Shown one piece after another: positions 47,887 to 57,321 of a stretch of 64,000 nucleotides of DNA. This stretch comes from Smithellaceae bacterium. Its GTDB lineage: Bacteria; Desulfobacterota; Syntrophia; Syntrophales; Smithellaceae. The stretch lies in the NCBI GenBank assembly GCA_963667845.2, contig CAXXVL010000002.1:1120001-1184000 (forward strand). Reading direction: 5' to 3'. The position numbers and the translations under genes are program-made. The notes under the pieces are model-generated. The model saw only the letters and a program-made list of their open reading frames with translations, had not been told where the DNA came from and did not search any database. Position 1 is the stretch's first letter. Each line of letters opens with the position of its first letter.

Positions 47887-48477
47887 CTAATCCTGATGGT
47901 TTCCCGGTTCGGGTTTCACCAATCCCTTGACGATGGAGGTGCCGTAATCCCGGCCGGTATTGAAGGCATGAAGGTTATTGTCTCTGGTTGCCGCCGGTAC
48001 GGAATCAAGCACCGCTTTTTTCAGCGCTTCGGCATGCACAAGAGGCTCCACTGCCGAGAGAAATCCCAGCATGACGATGTTGGCCATCATCTTGGTTCCC
48101 AGCTGTTCGGCAAAACGCGTGGCGGGGATATGAAACGTCTTATAGTGCATATCGGCCTTGCGCGTATGCACCAGATCGGTATCCCAGATCAGCGTGCCTT
48201 CGGGGCGCAAGGACTTGACGTTTTTCATATAAGCTTCCTGGCTCATGCAGATGAGGATTTCCGGTTCATCCACGCAGGGAAAGAGAATTTCCTCGCTGCT
48301 GATAATGACCTGGCTCGAGCAGGCGCCGCCGCGCGCTTCCGGCCCGTAGTTCTGCGTCATCGTTGCATGCTTATGATCGTAAAGCGTTGCGGCCTTGCCC
48401 AGGATGTCTCCGGCCATGACAATGCCCTGGCCTCCGAAGCCGGTGATTACTATGCGTCGTTCTCTTTTATCCGGCAT
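47887..48477 (-). CDS. korC: 2-oxoacid:ferredoxin oxidoreductase gamma subunit
   Basis: GFGGQG, YGPEARGG, NIVMLG. Confidence 0.88.
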   Translation of the reverse strand: MPDKRERRIVITGFGGQGIVMAGDILGKAATLYDHKHATMTQNYGPEARGGACSSQVIISSEEILFPCVDEPEILICMSQEAYMKNVKSLRPEGTLIWDTDLVHTRKADMHYKTFHIPATRFAEQLGTKMMANIVMLGFLSAVEPLVHAEALKKAVLDSVPAATRDNNLHAFNTGRDYGTSIVKGLVKPEPGNHQD

Positions 48478-48482
48478 CGTCT

Positions 48483-49367
48483 TTACCGTCCTTTTTGATG
48501 ATCGGGATGCATCGCCCGCCACTGGGGCAGATTGAGGCGATTGACTTTTTCGTAATGATCCATGAAGGTCGGGCGCTCGATATCCACAAACTTCCCTACC
48601 GTGATTTCCCGGTCAATATCCATGGATGCATCCTTGGGGTCGATATCGCCGCGAATGACGGATCGGCCCTGATAGAATTTCATCATCTCCAGTGCCGTTC
48701 CCATACGATTGCGCCTGCCGAACGATGAGGGGCAAGGCGTGATGACTTCCACAAAACTGAAGCCGCGTTTTTCCAAGGCTTCGCTGATGGAACTGCGAAG
48801 CGAGCGGACCTGCATCGCCGTCCACCGCGCTACATAAGTGGCGCCGCAGGCTGACGCCAGGTAACAGAAATTGAAAGGCTCTTCCGGCGAGCCGTTCACC
48901 GTTGTCGTCGTCTTGGCGCCGAGCGGTGTGCTGGGGCCCTGCTGGCCACCCGTCATGCCGTAATTCAAATTGTTGACGCAGATCACCGTCATATCCATAT
49001 TCCGGCGCGCGGCGTGGATAAAATGATTGCCGCCGATGGCGAACAAATCCCCGTCGCCGGAGACAACAATGATTTTTGTTCCCGGCTTGGCGAGTTTCAG
49101 GCCCGTCGCAAACGGAAGCGCCCGGCCGTGAGTGGTATGAAATGAATCCAGTTTAATGTAACCGGCCATGCGTCCCGTGCAGCCGATGCCCGACACCATC
49201 GCGATGGAATTGGGGTCCCAGCCGGTGTTCTTAATTGCAGCGAGCAATGCATTGAAAACGGTGCCGATGCCGCAGCCCGGGCACCAGATGTGAGGGATTC
49301 TCTCTGTTCGAAGCAGGGAATCCATCGGATGAGGCGGAACGTTTCGAGCGACTTTTGCTGTTGTCAT
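48483..49367 (-). CDS. korB: 2-oxoacid:ferredoxin oxidoreductase beta subunit
   Basis: WCPGCG, SGIGC, GDGD, NNLNYGMTGGQ. Confidence 0.9.
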   Translation of the reverse strand: MTTAKVARNVPPHPMDSLLRTERIPHIWCPGCGIGTVFNALLAAIKNTGWDPNSIAMVSGIGCTGRMAGYIKLDSFHTTHGRALPFATGLKLAKPGTKIIVVSGDGDLFAIGGNHFIHAARRNMDMTVICVNNLNYGMTGGQQGPSTPLGAKTTTTVNGSPEEPFNFCYLASACGATYVARWTAMQVRSLRSSISEALEKRGFSFVEVITPCPSSFGRRNRMGTALEMMKFYQGRSVIRGDIDPKDASMDIDREITVGKFVDIERPTFMDHYEKVNRLNLPQWRAMHPDHQKGR

Positions 49368-50524
49368 GTTTTTCCTTTTATCGCCTTTTCAATGGCGCTG
49401 TATATCAGACCGGGGTGAAGGATCGCGCCGCCATAATTCGACACGAGGCTGACCGGACAAGCGCCGCCGGCGCACCGCTCCATCTCCAGAACCATCTGAC
49501 CGCCGTTGATTTCCGCCATGATCAGCTCTTTGACCTGCGGCGCAACCTGCCGGATCAGGTCTTCGGGAAAGGGCCAGATTGTTTCCAGCTTGATCAAGCC
49601 GGCCTTCATTCCCTCGGCGCGGGCGTTGCGGACGGCCTGCATGGCCGAGCGGGCACTGATACCGTAGGAGACGACCACCACTTCCGCATCGTCCAGAAAC
49701 ATGTTTTTCGTGCGGATGATTTTGTCCCGGTTCTTGCGTATCTTATCCACCAGGCGGGTAACCATCTGATGCTGCGCCCTGGCGTCCATGGCCGGGTAGC
49801 CGCGGTCGTCATGGGTCAGACCCGTTACGTGAATGCGATAGCCGTCACCGCAGTTGGCCATGGGGGCGATGCCGTCGTCATCGGCTTCGTAGGGCAAATA
49901 ATCCTCCCGGTCCACCGTAGGCTTGCGCCGGTTGACGACTTCGATTTCTTCCTCACTCGGAATAATGACGCGTTCGTTCATGTGCCCGACGGTTTCATCC
50001 GCCAGGATGATCACCGGGAGGCGATAGAATTCACTCAGGTTGAACGCGCGAATGGTCAGATCAAACATTTCCTGCGGGCTTGACGGCGACAGAGCAATGA
50101 TTTCGTAATGGCCGTGCGATCCCCAGCGAGCCTGCATCATGTCCCCTTGCGCGACCAGTGTGGGCAGCCCCGTACTGGGCCCCGCCCTCTGGACGTTGCA
50201 TACCACGCAGGGTGTTTCCGTACACAGCCCCAGTCCGATATTCTCCATCATCAGCGAGAATCCGGGACCCGACGTGCTGGTCATGGATTTCACACCACCC
50301 CAGCTCGCACCCAGGATGGCCGCCATCGAAGCGATTTCATCCTCCATCTGGATATAAATGCCGCCGATTTCCGGCAGCCGGCGGGACATCGATTCGGCGA
50401 CTTCCGTTGCCGGTGTAATCGGGTAGCCCGCAAAAAAACGGCAACCGGCCGCCAGAGCTCCCTCGCAGCAGGCCTCATCGCCGTTCATGAAATGTGTTCC
50501 TGTTTTTACTTCTTTGGCAAACAA
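49364..50524 (-). CDS. korA: 2-oxoacid:ferredoxin oxidoreductase alpha subunit
   Basis: GYPITPATE, QMEDE, TSGPGFSLM, QRAGPSTGLPT. Confidence 0.9.
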   Translation of the reverse strand: MFAKEVKTGTHFMNGDEACCEGALAAGCRFFAGYPITPATEVAESMSRRLPEIGGIYIQMEDEIASMAAILGASWGGVKSMTSTSGPGFSLMMENIGLGLCTETPCVVCNVQRAGPSTGLPTLVAQGDMMQARWGSHGHYEIIALSPSSPQEMFDLTIRAFNLSEFYRLPVIILADETVGHMNERVIIPSEEEIEVVNRRKPTVDREDYLPYEADDDGIAPMANCGDGYRIHVTGLTHDDRGYPAMDARAQHQMVTRLVDKIRKNRDKIIRTKNMFLDDAEVVVVSYGISARSAMQAVRNARAEGMKAGLIKLETIWPFPEDLIRQVAPQVKELIMAEINGGQMVLEMERCAGGACPVSLVSNYGGAILHPGLIYSAIEKAIKGKT

Positions 50525-50545
50525 ACTAACTCTCCTTTTTCAGCG

Positions 50546-50833
50546 TCACTCTTCAAGGTCGTCATAATACTCAACGCTGTATATAGCAAACTCCGGACAG
50601 AGAATTTCACAAAAATGGCAATTCACGCAGCGGGTCGTGTCGATGACTTCCGGCGGGTGATATCCCTTCCTATTGAAGACGGCGGAAACGCGCAGAACCT
50701 GCCGCGGGCAGTTGGCGATACAAAAACCACATCCTTTACAGCGGTCTTCAATCACCATCACCTGTCCCATCTTCTTTTTACGATGGCCTATTTCGTCAGG
50801 CTGGCTGATCGAATATTTCTTTGTTTTTTGCAT
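50546..50833 (-). CDS. korD: 2-oxoacid:ferredoxin oxidoreductase delta subunit (2x[4Fe-4S])
   Basis: CKGCGFCIANCP and CVNCHFCEILCP; start uncertain (50833 or 50770). Confidence 0.85.
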   Translation of the reverse strand: MQKTKKYSISQPDEIGHRKKKMGQVMVIEDRCKGCGFCIANCPRQVLRVSAVFNRKGYHPPEVIDTTRCVNCHFCEILCPEFAIYSVEYYDDLEE

Positions 50834-51115
50834 AGGTTCTATATATTTCTCAAGCAGTAACAGATTTACTGAAGGCAACCTGCCTGATGGATTTTTATTT
50901 GCTTGATTATCCGGGATTTTGTGTCGGGACCTGTTCCCTTACGCCAAACTCCATCAAATGCGCATAGGTGCAAAGTGGGCATTATAAGAATAAAGACGTG
51001 CTGTCAAGAAAAAATACTCCCGGATCAAATGGTTCTTTATCAATAATTTTAAAGTCATACTACAGCGAAATCGCTTTCCGAAGGATAAGGCTTGATTTTC
51101 ACCGGGGGCCATACT

Positions 51116-51811
51116 ATGGCTAAAACTCGAATAAATTCCAAGGCGGTTCACCTGATGCAGGACACCGATATCAATCACGTCGTTAAAATTCTGAAAAAAG
51201 AATTGGATCTGGGAGAGATGCCCATTGTTTCGCATCTGGCGGCAAGCGAACGTAACCCGTTCGTCATCCTGATCTCCACGCTGCTCAGTCTGCGCACGAA
51301 AGATGAAGTGACCGCGCTCGCAACCGACAGGCTGTTTGCGCTGGCCTCCACTCCCGAGGAGATGTTGAAAATTCCGCAGGCCCGAATTGCGAAGGCCATT
51401 TATCCTGTAGGATTTTACCGCAATAAGGCCAAGACCATTCATCATGTCTGCCGGGAGCTGGTAGATCGCTTTGGCTCAAAAGTGCCGGATGATCTCGAGG
51501 AACTGCTCGGCATCAAGGGAATCGGACGGAAAACGGCCAATCTTGTTGTGACTCTAGCTTTCGGAAAGGACGGCATTTGCGTGGATACACACGTCCACCG
51601 TATCTCCAACCGGTTGGGTTATGTCCGGACGAAAACTCCCGATGAAACGGAAATGGCTCTTCGTGAAAAGCTACCCCGGAAATACTGGATCATTTACAAC
51701 ACGCTGTTCGTGGCGTTCGGCCGGAAGACCTGTAGGCCCGTCTCGCCGTTTTGCAGCACCTGCCCGATCAGACAATACTGCGACCGCATCGGAGTAACTG
51801 TGAGCCGATGA
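51116..51811 (+). CDS. nth: Endonuclease III
   Basis: LLSLRTKD, GIGRKTAN (HhH), VDTHVHR, C-X6-C-X2-C-X5-C. Confidence 0.93.
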   Translation: MAKTRINSKAVHLMQDTDINHVVKILKKELDLGEMPIVSHLAASERNPFVILISTLLSLRTKDEVTALATDRLFALASTPEEMLKIPQARIAKAIYPVGFYRNKAKTIHHVCRELVDRFGSKVPDDLEELLGIKGIGRKTANLVVTLAFGKDGICVDTHVHRISNRLGYVRTKTPDETEMALREKLPRKYWIIYNTLFVAFGRKTCRPVSPFCSTCPIRQYCDRIGVTVSR

Positions 51812-51837
51812 CAGCGAGGCACCGTGAAAGAAAAAAG

Positions 51838-51866
51838 TTGACGATTTCCCGTCATTTGGATATGAT
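51838..51866 (+). promoter_or_regulatory. sigma70-type promoter upstream of secG
   Basis: TTGACG-N17-TATGAT. Confidence 0.55.
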
Positions 51867-52044
51867 CCGCCCGCTTTCGAACAGCGAAGACGGGAATAAG
51901 CAGGTGTCTAAATTAAAATATACTTGTTATTGTTGATTAAATCATCTTTGGCTGTAAATTAAAAGAAGCGTTGAATATTATATAAGCCGGTGATATGTAT
52001 CCCGCTGGTCAGAATGATACTTTGAATAAAAGGATGTAAAAAGA

Positions 52045-52413
52045 ATGACAACATTATTAACGATCATACACATTATAGCCTGTATTACGTTGATATTAAT
52101 CGTCTTGCTTCAGGCAGGCAAGGGAGCAAATATGGGCGCCGCTTTCGGCGGCTCAAGCCAAACCGTCTTCGGTTCCAGCGGCGCGGGAACTTTTCTCGGA
52201 AAAATGACGGCAGCCGTAGCGATCATATTCATGCTGACGTCAATTTCATTAACCTATACGGCAACCAAGAGAACGTCAGGATTGATGGAAGGGGTATCGA
52301 CTCCCGGAACTCGGCAGACAATTCCGGTATCTCCGAAACCTGCCGCGCCGCCTGCAGCGCCGACCAATGTGCCGGGCACGGCGAAAACACCGGCTGCCCC
52401 GGCAGCGAAGTAA
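52045..52413 (+). CDS. secG: Preprotein translocase subunit SecG
   Basis: VLLQAGKGA.MGAAFGG, two TM; followed by tRNA-Leu (conserved synteny). Confidence 0.95.
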   Translation: MTTLLTIIHIIACITLILIVLLQAGKGANMGAAFGGSSQTVFGSSGAGTFLGKMTAAVAIIFMLTSISLTYTATKRTSGLMEGVSTPGTRQTIPVSPKPAAPPAAPTNVPGTAKTPAAPAAK

Positions 52414-52501
52414 AATTAGTTCTTTTCATGCCTGCGAACCGATTCCCGTTTCTTTAAAGGTCTTGAACGGAAATGTGTATCGTGTTTAATGTTCTTATGC
52501 T

Positions 52502-52587
52502 GCCGAAGTGGTGGAATTGGTAGACACGCTATCTTGAGGGGGTAGTGATCACAAGTCGTCCGGGTTCAAATCCCGGCTTCGGCACCA
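52502..52587 (+). tRNA. tRNA-Leu(GAG)
   Basis: GCCGAAG acceptor stem, anticodon arm CTATC-TTGAGGG-GGTAG, long variable arm, GTTCAAATC T-loop, CCA end. Confidence 0.97.
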
Positions 52588-52870
52588 TTTAAATATTGCA
52601 GTTTCTGGCGACGCCTCCGGATGACTTCAAGGATGAAGGCATGAAAATGACTGCACTGCGTCCCGTTCCCGCCTTTCCCCTCTGACTCTCGAAACCTTTT
52701 TTAAAAAAACTAAACCCGATAATAGAAGGCGATCGGGCCAAACAAGATCAGCGATCCGAATTTATTGCCATCCAGACACAGAATGTCAGCCCGTCTCAGC
52801 GGGCAAAACTTTTGCCTCTCTGGTTTTACCGTCGGGGTACGGGAAGATTTTTTCGCAGCGTCTGGCGCGG

Positions 52871-53300
52871 ATGAAAAAAGAAAACCGTCATTTGAAATCC
52901 CTGAGCGTTACCGATGAGCTTACCGGTCTTTACACCAAACGTTTCTTCAATAGGCAGCTGACGGTCGAAATCGCTCGTACGCAAAGAACCGGCGATCCCT
53001 TGCCTGTTATTTGTTGATCTGGACAACTTCAAAATCGTAAATGACACACTGGGGCATACGAAAGGCGATGAATTTGCCGCGTCTTGCACATTTAACGGAC
53101 CGGAATTCTTGCACCGCCTCGATCAGTTATTATATGAAGCAAAGAAGAAGGGAAAAGGGAAAATTGTCCGTCCGGAGATTGACGTGCTCGACACCAAAGC
53201 GGTGACCCGGGCGGAAAAAGAGATTTTGTATCATATCTTCCGGCCGGCGCCGAAAAAGAAACGAACCTGCCAAAAAGGATCAAGGAAGAAAGTTAAGGCA
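52871..53300 (+). pseudogene. Degenerate GGDEF (diguanylate cyclase) gene
   Basis: SVTDELTGLY, frameshift, DLDNFKIVNDTLGH..GDE, then jumps to DQLLYEAKKKGK; central GG(D/E)EF segment deleted; ends approximate. Confidence 0.8.
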
Positions 53301-53391
53301 AACAAAGATCTGAGACCTGTGGGATGCATCCCTCAAGACAGGATTATGCCGGGAGTTCATCTTGAGACAGGAGATCCCGTGATGCGCCGGA

Positions 53392-54231
53392 TCAGCCTAA
53401 TATCCGCTCAATCGCCGAGCCGTATCGTTTATATTTTTCCGGGGATAAAATATCCTGAAGACATTCCCTTTTTTGCACTAATTCGGCCAGTATATCATCC
53501 GGCAGAAACATGAATACCGCGCAGTTGGTTTCTTTGGCCTGTTCGAAGCGCCAGGCATAGAGTTTCTTGAGCAGTTCCTTTTGCTCGCGTTCCATGGCAT
53601 AGTATCCCTTAATCTTCGAGTAGCCATGCCGGTCAAATGTCCTTTCCTGCCAGGTAGCGGCGGCGATTTTGGCAAAGGCTTCTCCGGCTGCATCTTCCAG
53701 CCCTTTGGCCCGCAGATCGGCTTTCTGTCTTTCATACAGCGCAGGCAGCAGGGTTACATCCTGGACGGCGTATTCCAGCTGTTCATCGGTCATGGGGCGA
53801 TGATCCCAGCGCGAGCGCTGCATCTTTTTGCTCTTCTTCAATTCCACGCCCACGAATTCCTTGATCATTTTTTCCAATGAAAGTTGTTTGAATCCCAGAA
53901 GCATTGCCGCGCGGTGCGTATCAAAAATATTCTGGAATTCAAATCCGTAATCCCTTTTCAATAAACGGATGTCATTGTCCGCCGCATGAAGAATTTTCAC
54001 AACGGACTTGCTTTTCAAGGGTTTGACCAAAAAAGATAAATCCAGCTCAGCGGTTACATCGAGAACGTAGGTTGTCGGCGGGGCAAAAATCTGAATCAGG
54101 CAGAGTTTTTCCCTGAAATAGCGAAATGAATCATACTCCGTATCGATGCCTAAAATCGAAGCCTGTTTCAAATGCTCAGCCGCTCTCCCGGCTGCTTCCG
54201 CGGTATCCACCAGTAACCAATTCGTATTCAT
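53392..54231 (-). CDS. rnd: Ribonuclease D-like 3'-5' exonuclease with HRDC domain
   Basis: IDTE, LCLIQI, LHAADND, FDT, W..RP...QLEYAVQD. Confidence 0.85.
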   Translation of the reverse strand: MNTNWLLVDTAEAAGRAAEHLKQASILGIDTEYDSFRYFREKLCLIQIFAPPTTYVLDVTAELDLSFLVKPLKSKSVVKILHAADNDIRLLKRDYGFEFQNIFDTHRAAMLLGFKQLSLEKMIKEFVGVELKKSKKMQRSRWDHRPMTDEQLEYAVQDVTLLPALYERQKADLRAKGLEDAAGEAFAKIAAATWQERTFDRHGYSKIKGYYAMEREQKELLKKLYAWRFEQAKETNCAVFMFLPDDILAELVQKRECLQDILSPEKYKRYGSAIERILG

Positions 54232-54402
54232 AAAGGCTACTTAGCCGAAACGGAAATTTAATGCCATATAAATGATGCGTACCGGTCGGGCCGGCCCCGC
54301 GCTACGGGGCTACCTGACTGGTTTTATTATCCTATTCTTCTTTACAAAATGTGAAGATGTGTTACGTTTAATCAAACGTCACTTAGGTGAGGCTTTTCAT
54401 TA

Positions 54403-55212
54403 ATGGTCTTAAGAAAACAATGCTTCTTTCTGATCCTGCTGATGTTTCTGGGAGGCTGCAATATGCAAAATCGATTTCTTTATTTTCCCAATGATGATCG
54501 GCCGCAGGCGGAAATGCTTGCTTCCGAAAATATGATGCTGTGGCGGGCAGAGGCGTCCGATTACCGGGGATTAATCGCCCGAGAAGGCAATCCCGCACCG
54601 CACGGAACGATCGTCCTTTTTCACGGCAATGGCGGCACGGCCTTCGACCGGGGATTCTACATGGAGCCGCTCGCGGATTTGGGTTTCCGGGTGATCCTGG
54701 CCGAATATCCGAAATATGGAGGCCGTCCGGGCAAGGTAGGAGAGAAACCATTTGTAGCTGACGGGCTGGAAACGGTTCGCCTCGCTCATGAACAATATGG
54801 AGATCCGCTCTATCTTCTGGGAGAATCTCTGGGCTGCGGCGTAGTCGCTGCCGTTGCCCAAAAGACCTCCGTGCCTGTTGCCGGGCTTATCCTCATTACG
54901 CCCTGGGATTCGCTCGCGGCTGTGGCCAAACATCTGTTTCCCTTTCTGCCGGTTAATCTGCTGCTTTCGGATAAATATGACAGTATCGCCAATCTGCAAT
55001 CCTTTAAAGGCAAGATTACCGTCGTCGGCGCAGAGCGCGATGAAATCCTTCCCATCCGGCATGCGCATAACCTGTATGCGAATTTACCCGAAGGCAGGAA
55101 GCGTATGTGGGTGATTAGTGGCGCCGGCCACAACGATTGGCCGTTTTATGCTCAGGCATCGCTTTGGAAGGAGATAACGGACTTTGTGATTGTTGAAAAA
55201 AGCAGCAAATAG
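54403..55212 (+). CDS. Alpha/beta hydrolase, probable lipoprotein
   Basis: Lipobox-like LGGC, FHGNG, GESLG nucleophile elbow, DE, GAGHND. Confidence 0.88.
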   Translation: MVLRKQCFFLILLMFLGGCNMQNRFLYFPNDDRPQAEMLASENMMLWRAEASDYRGLIAREGNPAPHGTIVLFHGNGGTAFDRGFYMEPLADLGFRVILAEYPKYGGRPGKVGEKPFVADGLETVRLAHEQYGDPLYLLGESLGCGVVAAVAQKTSVPVAGLILITPWDSLAAVAKHLFPFLPVNLLLSDKYDSIANLQSFKGKITVVGAERDEILPIRHAHNLYANLPEGRKRMWVISGAGHNDWPFYAQASLWKEITDFVIVEKSSK

Positions 55213-55334
55213 TCTTGGGGCAAAAAGTCTATCCGTCGCCCACTAAGCTGTTTGCAATTTCCCGGCAAATCGCATATTCAGCCCCAAGAAGTTTCTCCGG
55301 AAGTTGGGTGGAGAATATTGAAGGAGGAGTTCTT

Positions 55335-56360
55335 ATTTACCGCCGAGTGACAGCATCGCGAGTGATGCGAATCAGCGCATTTTTACTCCTGTTATTTGTG
55401 CTGCTTGGCCTGGCCGCGCTTTGCCTTGGTGCAATTCCTATTGCTCCGGCCGATGTCGCCAGGGCTGTGGCCGATGCGCTCTTCGGCAGCGCACCCGTGT
55501 CTTCCCGAGAAGAGGTAATCTTGTTTTCCGTGCGCCTGCCGCGGATTCTCTTTGCCGGAATTGTGGGGGCATCGCTGTCTTTGGGCGGCGTCGTCTTTCA
55601 GGCGCTCCTGCGTAATCCGCTCGCCGATCCTTATGTGCTGGGCATTTCCGGCGGTTCCGCACTGGGTGCGATTATCGGCATTGTTCTGGGCGTGAGTTCC
55701 TTCTATCTGGGTGTCCCGTTTCTGGCTTTCTGCGGCGCACTTGTCACCGTTTTTCTGGTATTTATCGTGGCGGGGGGATCGCGGGGACTCCTCCTGGACA
55801 ACACGCTGCTCCTGGCCGGTGTGGTGGTCAATTCTTTTTTTTCAGCGGCAATTCTCTTTGCCCTGTCCATCGTGAATAGTATGGAACTGCATAGCATCAG
55901 CTTCTGGCTGATGGGCGATCTTTCCGGTGCAGCCGGAAAAGAGATCGCGTTTGCCGCACTTAGCCTGATGGTTTGCTTTGTCATCCTCTACGCGCAGGCA
56001 CGCAAGCTCAACCTGATCGTGCAGGGTGAAGATACGGCCCTGCAGCTGGGCGTCAATGTGAGGACGACGAAGTACATTTTGTTGATTGTGACGTCACTGA
56101 TGACGTCGGCTGCCGTATCCCTGGCGGGTATTATCGGTTTTGTGGGCATCATGGTGCCGCATATGATGCGCCTGGTTTTCGGCTCCGATCACCGATTGCT
56201 TTTGCCTGCGGCGGCGCTCTTCGGCGCTTCGTTTATGGTGGTGGCCGATACGCTCGCGCGGATTGTCCTCACGCCCGCGGAGTTGCCGGTCGGGGTGATT
56301 ACGGCTCTTTGCGGCGCACCCTATTTTATTTTTCTCATGAGAAGAAAGGGCCGCGGGTAA
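55335..56360 (+). CDS. btuC: Cobalamin/iron-chelate ABC permease (BtuC/FecCD)
   Basis: VRLPR, RNPLADPY.LG, GIIGFVG..VPH, ELPVG; start uncertain (ATT 55335 after strong RBS, GTG 55347, or ATG 55365). Confidence 0.85.
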   Translation: MYRRVTASRVMRISAFLLLLFVLLGLAALCLGAIPIAPADVARAVADALFGSAPVSSREEVILFSVRLPRILFAGIVGASLSLGGVVFQALLRNPLADPYVLGISGGSALGAIIGIVLGVSSFYLGVPFLAFCGALVTVFLVFIVAGGSRGLLLDNTLLLAGVVVNSFFSAAILFALSIVNSMELHSISFWLMGDLSGAAGKEIAFAALSLMVCFVILYAQARKLNLIVQGEDTALQLGVNVRTTKYILLIVTSLMTSAAVSLAGIIGFVGIMVPHMMRLVFGSDHRLLLPAAALFGASFMVVADTLARIVLTPAELPVGVITALCGAPYFIFLMRRKGRG

Positions 56361-57136
56361 TGTCGATCATCAGTGCTAAGAGTATTTCTTTTCGCTACAC
56401 GGATAAACCCGTGCTCGAAGATGTCTCGTTTGAGCTGGACGACGCGCGGATTGTCGCAGTGATCGGGCCCAACGGCTCCGGCAAAACCACGCTGCTCAGG
56501 ATGCTGAATGCGACGCTCTTTCCGAATGCGGGACAGGTTCTCGTCTGCGGCAAAGACACGCGCCGCTGGTCGCGCCAGGAAATCGCCCGGGCCGTTGCGA
56601 TTGTCCCGCAGGAGTCGCACGCTATTTTCCCTTTTTTCGCTGAAGAAATCGTCCTGATGGGGCGGTTTCCCTACCTGCGTTCTCTGGCGTTTGAAGACAA
56701 GAAAGATTACCGGATCGTGGAGGACGTGATGGCCAGGACGGATTCCCTTTCGTTCGCCCATCGCCGCTTCAATGAACTCTCGGCGGGGGAGCGGCAGCGT
56801 GTGCTGATTGCCCGAGCCCTGGCGCAGGAGCCGAAAATCCTGCTTCTGGATGAAAGTACGGTTTTCCTGGATTTAAAGCATCAGGCGAAGTTTCTATCTT
56901 TACTTAAAGAACTCAACCGCGAACAGCATTTGACGGTTATTTTCGTGACCCATGACGTCAATCTGGCCGCACAGAATGCCGACCAGATTCTTCTGCTTTA
57001 CAATGGGAAAAAATATGCTATAGGAACTCCCGCGGACGTTTTGACCGCGCAGAACATCAAAGAGGTTTACGACGTTGAGGTCGGGATCGATCAAAATCCC
57101 CATGACGGATCGCCCCGAGTGACATTGTTGACCTGA
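56360..57136 (+). CDS. btuD: Cobalamin/iron-chelate ABC ATP-binding protein
   Basis: GPNGSGKTT, LSAGERQR, LLDE, THD; TAATG overlap with the permease. Confidence 0.85.
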   Translation: MSIISAKSISFRYTDKPVLEDVSFELDDARIVAVIGPNGSGKTTLLRMLNATLFPNAGQVLVCGKDTRRWSRQEIARAVAIVPQESHAIFPFFAEEIVLMGRFPYLRSLAFEDKKDYRIVEDVMARTDSLSFAHRRFNELSAGERQRVLIARALAQEPKILLLDESTVFLDLKHQAKFLSLLKELNREQHLTVIFVTHDVNLAAQNADQILLLYNGKKYAIGTPADVLTAQNIKEVYDVEVGIDQNPHDGSPRVTLLT

Positions 57137-57272
57137 TAGACTGTCCTTAAAAGGAAGCCGGTTAAAGTCCGGCGCTGCCCCGCAACTGTAAGCGGAACGA
57201 AATCCACAAAATGCCACTGACGCCTGACGTCGGGAAGGCGTGGAGAGTAGGTTGCCGCAAGCCAGGATACTT
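57117..57272 (+). promoter_or_regulatory. Cobalamin riboswitch
   Basis: AAAGGAAGCCGG..TCCGGCGCTGCCCCGCAACTGTA, GCCACTG, GGGAAGGC, AGCCAGGA B12-box elements upstream of the TonB receptor. Confidence 0.9.
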
Positions 57273-57321
57273 TATGGATCGTCTCACTTACTTTAATCCC
57301 GAGGGGGAGAGGAGAAGCTCC

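Noticed and set aside
52502..53400. Prophage or genomic island at tRNA-Leu
   Set aside because: No integrase, phage genes or duplicated tRNA 3' end seen in the window
53109..53513. 134-aa ORF as an independent gene
   Set aside because: It is the C-terminal frame of the GGDEF pseudogene reading through into rnd
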